This document shows, piece by piece, positions 1-8,603 of a DNA stretch of 64,000 nucleotides (its first letter is position 1; each line of letters starts with the position of its first letter). A program made the position numbers and the translations under genes. The stretch is from an uncultured Rhodothermales bacterium (GTDB taxonomy: Bacteria > Bacteroidota > Rhodothermia > Rhodothermales > VXPQ01): the NCBI GenBank assembly GCA_964554105.1, contig CAZKNF010000004.1, forward strand, positions 38,195-102,194, in the 5' to 3' direction. The notes beneath the pieces were generated by a model. The model was not told where the DNA came from. It made no database searches and saw only the letters and a program-made list of their open reading frames with translations.

Positions 1-845
1 ATCAACGGCTCCAGTCCGGCCAGAGCCAGCCATTTGTGAATGTTGGCGTTTCCCTCCATTACCGTGACCTCCGATCCTGCCTGACCCAACCATTCCCCGG
101 TTAAGGTCAGGAGGCCCGCGCCCTGAAAGGTGGACGCCAGAATGGAAAGTATGCCGTACCCAAGCACTACGAAAATCATCGGCCGGAGCCTGCCGGGAAG
201 TACGCACACGATCCAGAAAAAAGGCACGGAGAGGGTCGGCTTTACCAGCGCGGAAAGAAGAAGCGTTGCGGCGAACAAATCTTCCCACCAGCGGCCGCGG
301 CAACGGTGAAGCCATACGAGTCCCACCAACAACATTGCCATGACGTGGAGTCCGACCTGGCCCACGAAGACGTTCATCTGCGTGGGATACATCGAAAAAA
401 TTAGCAGCGCGGCGAAAATACGCTGTATGCGTGTGTTCGCACCACTCTCCCGCACGGTGATCAGGGCAAGTACGCCCGCTGCCACGGCTATGCCGGCAGC
501 CCACAGCCAGCGTGCGGAGGTGAGGGGGAGCCATCCCAGCCATGGCCAGAGGATTACATAACTTGCAGGTGGATAGTCGGCATTTTCGATGATGCCGTAC
601 AGCGGACGTCCGGCGAACCACCTGTGCACCTCCACATAGCGGTTCTTCAAGTCGACGGCAGCCCAGGGTTCAACGTCAGAGACCAGAAAGGGAAATGCAT
701 ACAAGAGCCGCCCTGCGGCCGCGACAACCATATATGCGGCCGCAACGATCAGGATATTCCGGCCGTGTCTGATCCACGTCCGACCCAGCCAAGGAACGAT
801 CACTTCGTCCCAGCCTTTCTGCAGGGATGTTCTGGCATATCTCAT
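1..845 (-). CDS. Integral membrane glycosyltransferase, GT87/DUF2029-like (GT-C fold). The N-terminal ~281 aa lie in the window and the gene runs off the left edge.
   Basis: My own translation from the ATG at 845-843 gives MRYARTSLQKGWDEVIVPWLGRTW...VEVHRWFAGRPLYGIIENADYPPASYVILWPWLGWLP...LVKPTLSVPFFW. It is clearly paralogous along its length to the 845..2122 product. It is absent from the ORF track because no stop codon falls in the window. Its start overlaps the upstream stop (TGATG). Confidence 0.6.
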   Translation of the reverse strand, partial: MRYARTSLQKGWDEVIVPWLGRTWIRHGRNILIVAAAYMVVAAAGRLLYAFPFLVSDVEPWAAVDLKNRYVEVHRWFAGRPLYGIIENADYPPASYVILWPWLGWLPLTSARWLWAAGIAVAAGVLALITVRESGANTRIQRIFAALLIFSMYPTQMNVFVGQVGLHVMAMLLVGLVWLHRCRGRWWEDLFAATLLLSALVKPTLSVPFFWIVCVLPGRLRPMIFVVLGYGILSILASTFQGAGLLTLTGEWLGQAGSEVTVMEGNANIHKWLALAGLEPL

Positions 846-2122
846 CAATCCGGAACGGTCGCTGATGCAGTCGGTCCCGAGGCTTTGTAAAGCAGGAAGC
901 CTAGCACAGCCAACCAAACGACTGTCTGTCCAAGTTCGACGAGCACCCGCAGGAGGAACGGAGCTCCATCGAAGAATACCCAATACGGCAAGAGGGTTGT
1001 CGCCCACGTCGCAGTCAAAAGCATGCCGGCCGCCACATCACTTCCGTCTGGTAACGAAGGAGTTTTGGCCAGCCGAAAAAGCGCGATCATCGGCAAGAGG
1101 ATTAGAATGTCATCATAAACGCGGTGATGGATCCAGAGGCGCGCCACCAGCGCCGCGACGCCAACGAGCAGCCAGATCTCAGCGCTTCGGTGCCTAGCCG
1201 TCCACAGCCCTAGTGCCCCAAGTATCAGCAGCGACACCGGCAACAGCCACTCCTCGAGTCCGACGAAGGCCAGCCACTTGTGAACATTGACCGTTCCCCT
1301 GTGCAATGTCAACATGGAGCCCTGCCCCAGCCACTGCTGCATCAAAGTGGTAAGTCCGGCTTGTTGAAAGAGGGCCCCAAACGCTGAGAGCGCCCCGTAT
1401 CCTATCACCACAAACGTGATTGGGCGCCACCTTCCCGTTACAAATAGCGGAATCCAGAAAAAAGGGACGGACAGCGTCGGCTTCACGAGTGAAGCCAGGA
1501 GCAACACGGATATAGCGACGTCTTCCCACCACGCACCACGGCTTCGGTAGAGGCAAACCAGACCCGCAGCTAGCGGAACGATAACATGAAGACCTAGCTG
1601 ACCAAGCCAGATCGTCAGCTGGGTGGCGTACATCGGCAACACCAGCAGCGCCATGAACAGTCGCTCCGGAACAGTTCGAGCCGCGCTTTCGCGCACGACT
1701 AGATAGATGAGCGCCCCGAGAAGAATGGCCGCCGAGGCAGCCCAGAGCCACCGGGCTGATTCGAGCGGCAGCCACCCCAGAAGGGGCCAGAGCATCACAT
1801 AGCTTGCAGCCGGATAGTCGGCACTTTCGACCACTCCATAAAGGGGAAGACCGGCGAACCAGCGGTGCACCTCGAGGTAGCGGCTCTGCAGATCGATCGC
1901 TTCTTCGGGAATCGACGTAAGAGCGAGAAAGGCATATCTCAGGCGCAGAATGCCCGTGATGCCCATATATACGGCCGCGAGTATGAGCAGCCTTCGACCA
2001 TGGACCGACCACTGCGCCCGCACCCATGGCGCTATTTTGGTAGCCCACCCTGCGACAAGAGCGTTCACGAGTTCGATCGGCTTCTTGCAGCGCGGTGCCG
2101 AACTGTACCCGCCATCCTTCAA
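845..2122 (-). CDS. Integral membrane glycosyltransferase, GT87/DUF2029-like (GT-C fold)
   Basis: 425-aa polytopic ORF. The first loop motif DLQSRYLEVHRWFAGLPLYG..ADYPAASYVMLWPL resembles the D..Y....G..LY....YPP signature of DUF2029/GT87 proteins. The TTG start overlaps the stop of the FAD gene (TTGA). An alternative GTG start lies at 2068. Confidence 0.6.
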   Translation of the reverse strand: MKDGGYSSAPRCKKPIELVNALVAGWATKIAPWVRAQWSVHGRRLLILAAVYMGITGILRLRYAFLALTSIPEEAIDLQSRYLEVHRWFAGLPLYGVVESADYPAASYVMLWPLLGWLPLESARWLWAASAAILLGALIYLVVRESAARTVPERLFMALLVLPMYATQLTIWLGQLGLHVIVPLAAGLVCLYRSRGAWWEDVAISVLLLASLVKPTLSVPFFWIPLFVTGRWRPITFVVIGYGALSAFGALFQQAGLTTLMQQWLGQGSMLTLHRGTVNVHKWLAFVGLEEWLLPVSLLILGALGLWTARHRSAEIWLLVGVAALVARLWIHHRVYDDILILLPMIALFRLAKTPSLPDGSDVAAGMLLTATWATTLLPYWVFFDGAPFLLRVLVELGQTVVWLAVLGFLLYKASGPTASATVPD

Positions 2123-3543
2123 TCCTCCACAACGTGAGCTTCAAAAATGCTCCGATACGTATCCCATTTGTCCGTATCAAAAGCCCCGTCGGCCAGGCAA
2201 TCTACCGCCGCGTACGCCATGGCAAGGGCATGGTGCGTGTTGTCGTGGGCAAAAAGACCCTGCCTGCCGTAGCTGAGAAGACGCGGCAGTCCGCCTACCC
2301 ATGCGTCGAGTACATCAAAGTACTGTTCGTAGCCTTGTTCGTAGATAGGATACGCGTGATGCAGCCGCTTTACGTGAATCGCAGAAGGTGGTCGGGGGAG
2401 AGGAATTTTCGCAAGCGCCAGATCGTCCGCGACAATTCGACCGAGCTCGGTGTCCGTCATCGACCAGTATTCGTCGTCGATAGAACAGGGCAGCTCCGCA
2501 CAAAGCGTCGTCTGCGCTCGCGGATGCATCGAGCCGGCATAGTTTTTAGGTTCGGATAGGCGGGTAATCGAAATTTTAGCACCGGGAAAGTAGTGCGCGT
2601 CGTATTCCGTGAATCGATCGACAGGTAGTTGAAGATAAATGAGAAGCATCGCACGATACCGCAGCGACGCCGCAGCCTTCAGAACCGCGGCCGGCGGAGG
2701 CGGCTCTACCATTCGAGCTAACAAACTCACCGGGATGGTGGACCAGACATAATCCGGCTCGAAGGTCTGCTGCTCACCGTCTCGTTCAGCTATCACCTTC
2801 CATTTCCGGTTTAAGGTGCCCGGCTCCACCAACTTCTCTACCTTCCACCCGAGCAGGAACGCGGCGCCGTCATCGCGAGCGGCATCAGCAAAGGCCTCGC
2901 TGATCTGCCCATATCCGTGACGCGGATAAAAAAACCGGCCCTTGCCATCCTTCTTCAAGCCCGGTAGCTGAGCGGCCACTTTGCGCAGGAGCTTACCGAA
3001 GGAGCCGGCCGAAACCCGGCGCCGTGCCTGAATGGCTGAAAGCTCCTCCGGCTCGCGTCCCCAGATCTTTCGGGCGTACGGAAAATAGAAAGAATCACAA
3101 ATCGTAGGCCCCAGGTTCGCGCGCAGCACCGACGCAAAGGTATCGCCCTCCGTTTGCGTCCTCTTCACGAGTCCGGCCACCATGTCCCACGTCGTACGCA
3201 GCGCAAAACCTCGGTCCATGTGGAGCAGCATGTCCAGCGGCTTCAGCGGAAAGTGAATCCACTTTCCCCTGAGATTGATGCGACCGTGCCGAGGCCTATC
3301 GACCAGATCTCCTCCAAGCAAGTTCTTGATATCTGCAAGGATGTTGAGATCCGTGGCGGGATGCAGGCGATGACTGCCGTAGTCCAGGCGCTGGCCTCCC
3401 ATCTCGAAACTGCCGGCATTGCCGCCAACGACGTCGCGCTGTTCGACGATTGTGACATCGGCCCGATCTAACGATCGAAGCCGGTAGGCCGCTCCCACTC
3501 CAGCGGGACCTGCACCTAGTATCATGATATGCGGCTTACTCAT
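2119..3543 (-). CDS. FAD/NAD(P)-binding oxidoreductase, UDP-galactopyranose-mutase/amine-oxidase-like fold
   Basis: N-terminal Rossmann motif MILGAGPAGVGAAYRL, followed by EQRDVVGGNAGS...DYGSHRLH. It is a diverged paralog of 17563..19023. It overlaps the upstream gene by 8 nt. Confidence 0.75.
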   Translation of the reverse strand: MSKPHIMILGAGPAGVGAAYRLRSLDRADVTIVEQRDVVGGNAGSFEMGGQRLDYGSHRLHPATDLNILADIKNLLGGDLVDRPRHGRINLRGKWIHFPLKPLDMLLHMDRGFALRTTWDMVAGLVKRTQTEGDTFASVLRANLGPTICDSFYFPYARKIWGREPEELSAIQARRRVSAGSFGKLLRKVAAQLPGLKKDGKGRFFYPRHGYGQISEAFADAARDDGAAFLLGWKVEKLVEPGTLNRKWKVIAERDGEQQTFEPDYVWSTIPVSLLARMVEPPPPAAVLKAAASLRYRAMLLIYLQLPVDRFTEYDAHYFPGAKISITRLSEPKNYAGSMHPRAQTTLCAELPCSIDDEYWSMTDTELGRIVADDLALAKIPLPRPPSAIHVKRLHHAYPIYEQGYEQYFDVLDAWVGGLPRLLSYGRQGLFAHDNTHHALAMAYAAVDCLADGAFDTDKWDTYRSIFEAHVVED

Positions 3544-4507
3544 GAAAACCTCGAGTCGAACCTAGGAGCGAAAACGATGTACGTTCGCCCGCGGGCGAGC
3601 GACTCTGGATCCACCAAATCATTCCACCAATCAAGCCTCCCGCAATTAGCACCGAATACCATACGAGGGAAACTACTAGACCCTGCGTTGCGGGCACGCC
3701 AAAAGGCACAAGAAGAGCCGCGAGTGTTGCATCTCGGACGCCCAGTCCACCGATGCTTACGGGCAGCAGTCCGGCTGCCTTTGCCAGCGGCCACGCCAAA
3801 AACCAGACCGCCAGAGGCACATCTATGCCGAGAGAACGGCCCAACCAGGCATTCAATAACACGAAACTGCTCTGCATCAATAGGGCGAGAAGGAAGGCGC
3901 TTGCGGTAATGCCCGGGCTACGCCATAGCCTGCGGAGTGAGACCAGAACTCGCCCGATTCGGCGCCTATATTTTGTAGGCCAGCGATGAAGCGGCCGGCG
4001 CAGCAACAATGGCAGCATCATGGCGCCTGCACCAACTGCTAAAATACCCGCGAGAACAGCGATCTGCGTGCTCCAACCAGAAAGGACGCTACCGGCGAGG
4101 AGACCTCCGCCTGCAATCAGGACTCCCAACGCTGCCGTGTCGATCATCCGATCCGCAAGCCCCCCAAGTACGACGGCCTCAGGTTCTGCGGTTCGCTTTC
4201 CTGCCAGCGTTGCCCTGAGAACGTCCCCACCCACCAGGCTCGGAAGGCATAGGTTCGCGAAAAGACCCGCAGCATAGAAACCGCTCGCGTCGAAAAGACG
4301 AAGCGGTGAACGACCGGTATTCGCGTTGACAATCATGCGCCACTTGATGACGCCTAAGAAATGAACGACGCCGAATCCTGCCAGGACCCACATCCATACC
4401 GACAGCGAGACGTCGTGCCATGCCTCCAGCACCTGCTGCCAGGGCAGCAGCAGGAAAAGCAGCCCCAGAATCGAAACGCTGACCAAAAGTCGCAGCCAGA
4501 ATTTCAT
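3536..4507 (-). CDS. UPF0104 / lysylphosphatidylglycerol-synthase-TM-like (flippase-like) membrane protein
   Basis: Multi-TM protein with KWRMIV and LPSLVGGDVLRA motifs typical of the family. I chose the start at MKFWLRLL (4507) because it forms an ATGA overlap with the GT2 stop. The ORF track extends to 4579. Confidence 0.7.
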   Translation of the reverse strand: MKFWLRLLVSVSILGLLFLLLPWQQVLEAWHDVSLSVWMWVLAGFGVVHFLGVIKWRMIVNANTGRSPLRLFDASGFYAAGLFANLCLPSLVGGDVLRATLAGKRTAEPEAVVLGGLADRMIDTAALGVLIAGGGLLAGSVLSGWSTQIAVLAGILAVGAGAMMLPLLLRRPLHRWPTKYRRRIGRVLVSLRRLWRSPGITASAFLLALLMQSSFVLLNAWLGRSLGIDVPLAVWFLAWPLAKAAGLLPVSIGGLGVRDATLAALLVPFGVPATQGLVVSLVWYSVLIAGGLIGGMIWWIQSRSPAGERTSFSLLGSTRGFHE

Positions 4508-5451
4508 GACGATCTCTGGATCCGTGCATTCTGTGAATGTATGCGGGCGTTTTGATCGGCCAACAGACCGACGGACCAAACGATTAAGGCGCCAAGCAGT
4601 CCCAGAATCGCGCTTTCGGAAAGATTGTCCTGCGTCACGTCGTAGACAAACTTCGCGATCCCCATCGTAGCGAAGATGAGGCCTGCGGGAATGAAGACTT
4701 TGAGTGGATTGAAGAACACGATCGTGCGCAGAATCAACAGCAGAAAGTCATAAGCATGCCGTGGTCGGATTTTTGATTTTCCAAGCCGAGCATGGTAGTT
4801 GATCGGCACGTACTTGACGTCGTGGTCATTGCAGGCGGCTGCGAGCGTGATTGTAGTGGTAAACGAGAAGCCGGAAGGCAGCAGATGATGGTAGGCTTCT
4901 ACCAGATCCTTACGCATCAGGCGGAGCCCCGAATTCAGGTCCGGGAGCTTTCGGCCAGCGAGATAGCTCGCGAGTCCACCGAGTAGCCACTTTGCCGGCC
5001 GGCGCACTAACGGTATTTTCGCAATCTTGCCCGTGCGTGCGCCTACGACCATCTCGTGGCTGTCAGCATGTTCCAGGAGACGCGGAATGGCGGAGCACGG
5101 ATAGGTGCCGTCGGCGTCGGTGATCAGGATCCAATCGAATTGTGCGGCGGCGATGCCTCGCTTGAGCGCCGCCCCGTATCCCTGATTATGGCTGTGTCGC
5201 AGCACCCGAATCCCCTCTGCCGCAGCATTCGCGCCCGTATCATCCAGCGATCCATCGTCGACGACCAAAATTTCGTACGCCCATCCAGATTGATCCATGA
5301 CCTCGGTGATTGCCTGGACCTGACTCGCAATGTGTGCACCTTCGTTGAAGGCCGGTATGATTACCGTCACTGCTTTGGGTAGCTCGTGTTCGCGAACTTC
5401 CTGAATTTCCTCGATGAGACGTGGTAAAGCAGATGGCGTGTTCTCCGTCAT
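4504..5451 (-). CDS. GT2 polyprenol-phosphate glycosyltransferase (DPM1/ArnC/GtrB-like)
   Basis: Motifs VTVIIPAFNE, ILVVDDGSLDDT and ITDADGTY (DxD), plus two C-terminal TM helices (FFNPLKVFIPAGLIFATMGIA, ILGLLGALIVWSVGLLA). This is the typical architecture of lipid-phosphate sugar synthases. Confidence 0.8.
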   Translation of the reverse strand: MTENTPSALPRLIEEIQEVREHELPKAVTVIIPAFNEGAHIASQVQAITEVMDQSGWAYEILVVDDGSLDDTGANAAAEGIRVLRHSHNQGYGAALKRGIAAAQFDWILITDADGTYPCSAIPRLLEHADSHEMVVGARTGKIAKIPLVRRPAKWLLGGLASYLAGRKLPDLNSGLRLMRKDLVEAYHHLLPSGFSFTTTITLAAACNDHDVKYVPINYHARLGKSKIRPRHAYDFLLLILRTIVFFNPLKVFIPAGLIFATMGIAKFVYDVTQDNLSESAILGLLGALIVWSVGLLADQNARIHSQNARIQRSS

Positions 5452-6503
5452 CGCGTGCTCTCAGTTTTGGCCGAAACGAGTACGATCGAGCCGTAAATAC
5501 CGGTGGCGAGAAGGATCACAAACACGTAGTCCAGGACGTGTTCGAAAGCGTGCCCTGCCACCATCGCCGCCAGTCCTTGTTTGGACTGACCAACGTCCAT
5601 AAGATCGCCCGAGAATGAAACCACCGAGAGGAAGACTGGAATGGCGAAGACCAGTACGAGAGCGATCCATGTATTGCGTTCAAGAGGAGGTATCGGCTTC
5701 GCATTTTCGCCTCTTAAGCTTCGATCACGTCGCAAGAGCATCGACACCGCGTGCAAGGATCCCAGTCCAAAGAGAACGGTGATCGGCCCGTGGGTCAGGA
5801 TCTCTCTGGCTTGATGTCCGGTGTACCTTACGTCCATAAAGATATTGGACGAGAGCCCGAAAAGAAGAGTAAGCGCGGCAACGTACATCCACGGCAGCCA
5901 CTTGACCGTCCGAGGCACTGAAGACGCGTTGTCCGCGGGATAACCGAGTACTACGGTCGAAAATGGTATATACAGCATCGTAGCCGCACCAAACCAGATT
6001 GTACTCAGCCAGTGAAAGTGCCAGTGAGATCCATACGCGATTAGATCGTCGCGCGTTCGAAACTGGAAGAGGTCATAGATCGCGCTCTGGAGTCCTTGTT
6101 GCAGCGATACCGCCGCCATCGCAGCCCCTGCGAGCGTAACGCCGGCAATCAGTGTCACCCCCGTAATGATCGCCGCGAGATGGCGGTCTGTGGACTCTTT
6201 TATGCCGAGGATGCCCTCCGCTGTGGCAAAGCTCGTCGCGAGAAACAAAGCATAGGCGAAATCGACCGGAATTTCGCGGAGGAAATGACTGTAGTAGAAG
6301 ATTGTACCCTGCAGAGAATAGCGGCCGCTTTCGTGGACGACTGCGTTCCAGAGCTGCAGCGTACCATGATCGACAGCAAGCCACACGTATGCGCCGAGTA
6401 GCAGCGTGATCGGAACGCCGAAGCAGGCTGCAAGAAGTAGATGCACGCGAGTCCGGAGCAAACTTGACGCCTCTGCTGCCAACTTATCATCTCGCATGAT
6501 CAT
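5448..6503 (-). CDS. Polytopic membrane protein of unknown family with conserved-looking His motifs
   Basis: The ORF is 5448..6554, with a probable start at MIMRDD (6503 or 6497), overlapping the GT39-like stop at 6487. It has roughly 9-10 hydrophobic segments. Motifs are VHESGRY, YGSHWHFHW, TGHQAREILTHGP and AGHAFEHVLDY. I recognise no family. Confidence 0.55.
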   Translation of the reverse strand: MIMRDDKLAAEASSLLRTRVHLLLAACFGVPITLLLGAYVWLAVDHGTLQLWNAVVHESGRYSLQGTIFYYSHFLREIPVDFAYALFLATSFATAEGILGIKESTDRHLAAIITGVTLIAGVTLAGAAMAAVSLQQGLQSAIYDLFQFRTRDDLIAYGSHWHFHWLSTIWFGAATMLYIPFSTVVLGYPADNASSVPRTVKWLPWMYVAALTLLFGLSSNIFMDVRYTGHQAREILTHGPITVLFGLGSLHAVSMLLRRDRSLRGENAKPIPPLERNTWIALVLVFAIPVFLSVVSFSGDLMDVGQSKQGLAAMVAGHAFEHVLDYVFVILLATGIYGSIVLVSAKTESTR

Positions 6504-8451
6504 ATGGTTCCACCTTTTCGAGGGTGAAGGGAGCGAGCTCTGACGCGACTTCATCTTTCGCGTAGAGGACTGCGCGGCTGCGAAGTGCTCGAACTTCCCT
6601 CCGTGGCTTGTACTCCGACAAGGCGGCGCTCATTTCATCATTTGTCGTTCTATAAGGCCCCCATCGGGCACTGTCGAAAAAAAGAAGCCAGACGCGAGCT
6701 TGCGGGTTGTCAGTAACCGCGCCGATATAGTCATCTGCTACGTATTCCGGAGAAAGACGGTCGATGTAATAAAAAAGCGGCGTGAAAACCCAGCTCTGAG
6801 GTACGACAAAAACTAGATCGCCCCGCTCAAAGTGCGAGGTCATCTTCTGACCAAGAACGGCATAGTTTCTCGCCTCGGTCGGAAACTGCCGAAAGTGGGC
6901 GATTCCAGAGTAGTGAACAACAATTAATGCCGCGCCCAGAACGATTGCGACTGAACGATGCTTCGAGAGATGCAAGATGCCCGAAGCAATCAAAATCAAT
7001 AGGTACGGAACGAACATTGCGAAGGCGCGCGGAGTCAGCATTGACGTCCAGAACGATAGCATCAAGACGGCTGCGGGCGGTAATAAAGAAAGCACCGCAG
7101 GCAATGACACACTCGTTCGTAGCTGCGAGAAAGCATTCATGCTCGTCTGATCTCCGCCATATCGGAAAAGAACGGACTTCAGTACACCGAGAGCCGGCCC
7201 CAGGACGAGCCCCAAAAACGGCACGATCGCGACAAACGCGATAAGAGATTCACGGCGGTGGGCGGCCGCCGAAAACGCCAGGACGATAAGCGCCGATCCG
7301 CAGGCAATTGGGAGCAGGCTCCGAAGATTGAATAGCTCCGCATGGCAGCATCGGGGGGACAAAACCAGACGGTTTGAGCGCGATCGGACGCAGCAAACCA
7401 GGGCGAGTGCCAGGAGAAAAAGACTTGAGATCGCCGAAAACGTCCGGGCGGGAATCGAAAGGAAATCCGGCTGGAAAAGAAAGCCGAATGAAAGATACTG
7501 AGCGACAAACGACACCGAAGGAGCCGGAAGCGTTACGTCATCGCCAAGATACACGATGTGGGCAAGCGAGGCCGCACCGAGAATGATGACGAGCTGTTGA
7601 ATGCCCAGCGTTCTGCGCGTCCCGCTCGAAGACGCCGGCGGACCGAGCCCGACCCACAGCATTTGACCAGCAAGAACCGTCCAGAAGAATGTTTGAGTAT
7701 AAATTGCCAGCCATGAGGAGATGAGGTATGCAAGCTCCCACCAATGCCGCTTTTCCGAGTTACGCACAACGTGGAGTAGTGTATACGTCGACACCAGTGC
7801 CAGAAAACAGCCCATCATGTACATCCGGGCAAACTGGCTCCAAAAAATGAGAAATCCGCTGAAAGCCACGAGTGCCGCGCTCATCAAGCCCACACGACGG
7901 TCGTACGACAGCGAGGCAACCCCATAGACCAGTACGATGCATCCGATGCCGAATAGGGCGGACGGTAGCCGAAGAGCCGTGAGACCGACGCCGAACAGCT
8001 TTGTCCACCCCCACATGAAAAAGTAGTAGACCTCGGGATGCCCCTCGCTATGAAAGTGCCACCAAAAGGTATCATAGAACGATAGACGAGCCGGTGGCCA
8101 CGATATGTCCGCAGGCCACTCAATGTTCGGAACGATGGCTTCGGTGTGTGTGAGGGTCTTCCGTGTCAGATCATCTAGTCTGAGCACCGACCCGCACGCC
8201 ACGACAACCATCAGCGCGACAATGACTCTCCGGCGACTACGGATCTCATTCTTGGCAGGAATCTGAAGAGCACCCGAACCCGCCTCAAGCGTAGGAGATG
8301 TCTGGCGTTCTCTTCGGCGGCGTGACAAGGTTTGCACCAGGAGACGCAGCAACCCAAAGCCGACCAGCGCTGCCCCCATCGCAAAGAGTCCCGCCATGGC
8401 GACTTGCCGCGTGGATGCCCCTGCTGCCAGTTCGAATATCAGCTGGAGCAC
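6487..8451 (-). CDS. GT-C glycosyltransferase, GT39/ArnT/PMT-like
   Basis: 654-aa polytopic protein. The segment GHPEVYYFFMWGWTKLFGVGLTALRLPSALFGIGCIVLVY matches the HPPLYY...W..LFG...R.....G pattern of ArnT/PMT_2-type enzymes. It also has a C-terminal soluble domain. Confidence 0.7.
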   Translation of the reverse strand: MLQLIFELAAGASTRQVAMAGLFAMGAALVGFGLLRLLVQTLSRRRRERQTSPTLEAGSGALQIPAKNEIRSRRRVIVALMVVVACGSVLRLDDLTRKTLTHTEAIVPNIEWPADISWPPARLSFYDTFWWHFHSEGHPEVYYFFMWGWTKLFGVGLTALRLPSALFGIGCIVLVYGVASLSYDRRVGLMSAALVAFSGFLIFWSQFARMYMMGCFLALVSTYTLLHVVRNSEKRHWWELAYLISSWLAIYTQTFFWTVLAGQMLWVGLGPPASSSGTRRTLGIQQLVIILGAASLAHIVYLGDDVTLPAPSVSFVAQYLSFGFLFQPDFLSIPARTFSAISSLFLLALALVCCVRSRSNRLVLSPRCCHAELFNLRSLLPIACGSALIVLAFSAAAHRRESLIAFVAIVPFLGLVLGPALGVLKSVLFRYGGDQTSMNAFSQLRTSVSLPAVLSLLPPAAVLMLSFWTSMLTPRAFAMFVPYLLILIASGILHLSKHRSVAIVLGAALIVVHYSGIAHFRQFPTEARNYAVLGQKMTSHFERGDLVFVVPQSWVFTPLFYYIDRLSPEYVADDYIGAVTDNPQARVWLLFFDSARWGPYRTTNDEMSAALSEYKPRREVRALRSRAVLYAKDEVASELAPFTLEKVEPYDHAR

Positions 8452-8603
8452 GCCTGCCCGCCCCCACCACTCCGGCGAACCTGTTCCATATCGACCTCAT
8501 GATGCTTGAATCCTTCCATAAATGACGCTGCAAGAGTCCTCGTCATAAACGGTTCGTGATCTTCGCGGTAATCACGTTTGTGAAGAGAACAGGGGTGAGA
8601 TGG

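Noticed and set aside
1194-2180. Long ORFs lie antisense to, or out of frame with, confidently assigned genes. Examples are 1194..2180(-), 41156..41923(+), 49651..50466(-), 52978..53811(+), 60006..60809(+), 20704..21231(+) and 16737..17252(-).
   Set aside because: They overlap genes that have strong family motifs. Their translations are Arg/Ser/Pro/Ala-rich low-complexity sequence, typical of shadow ORFs in GC-rich DNA. None carries a recognisable motif.
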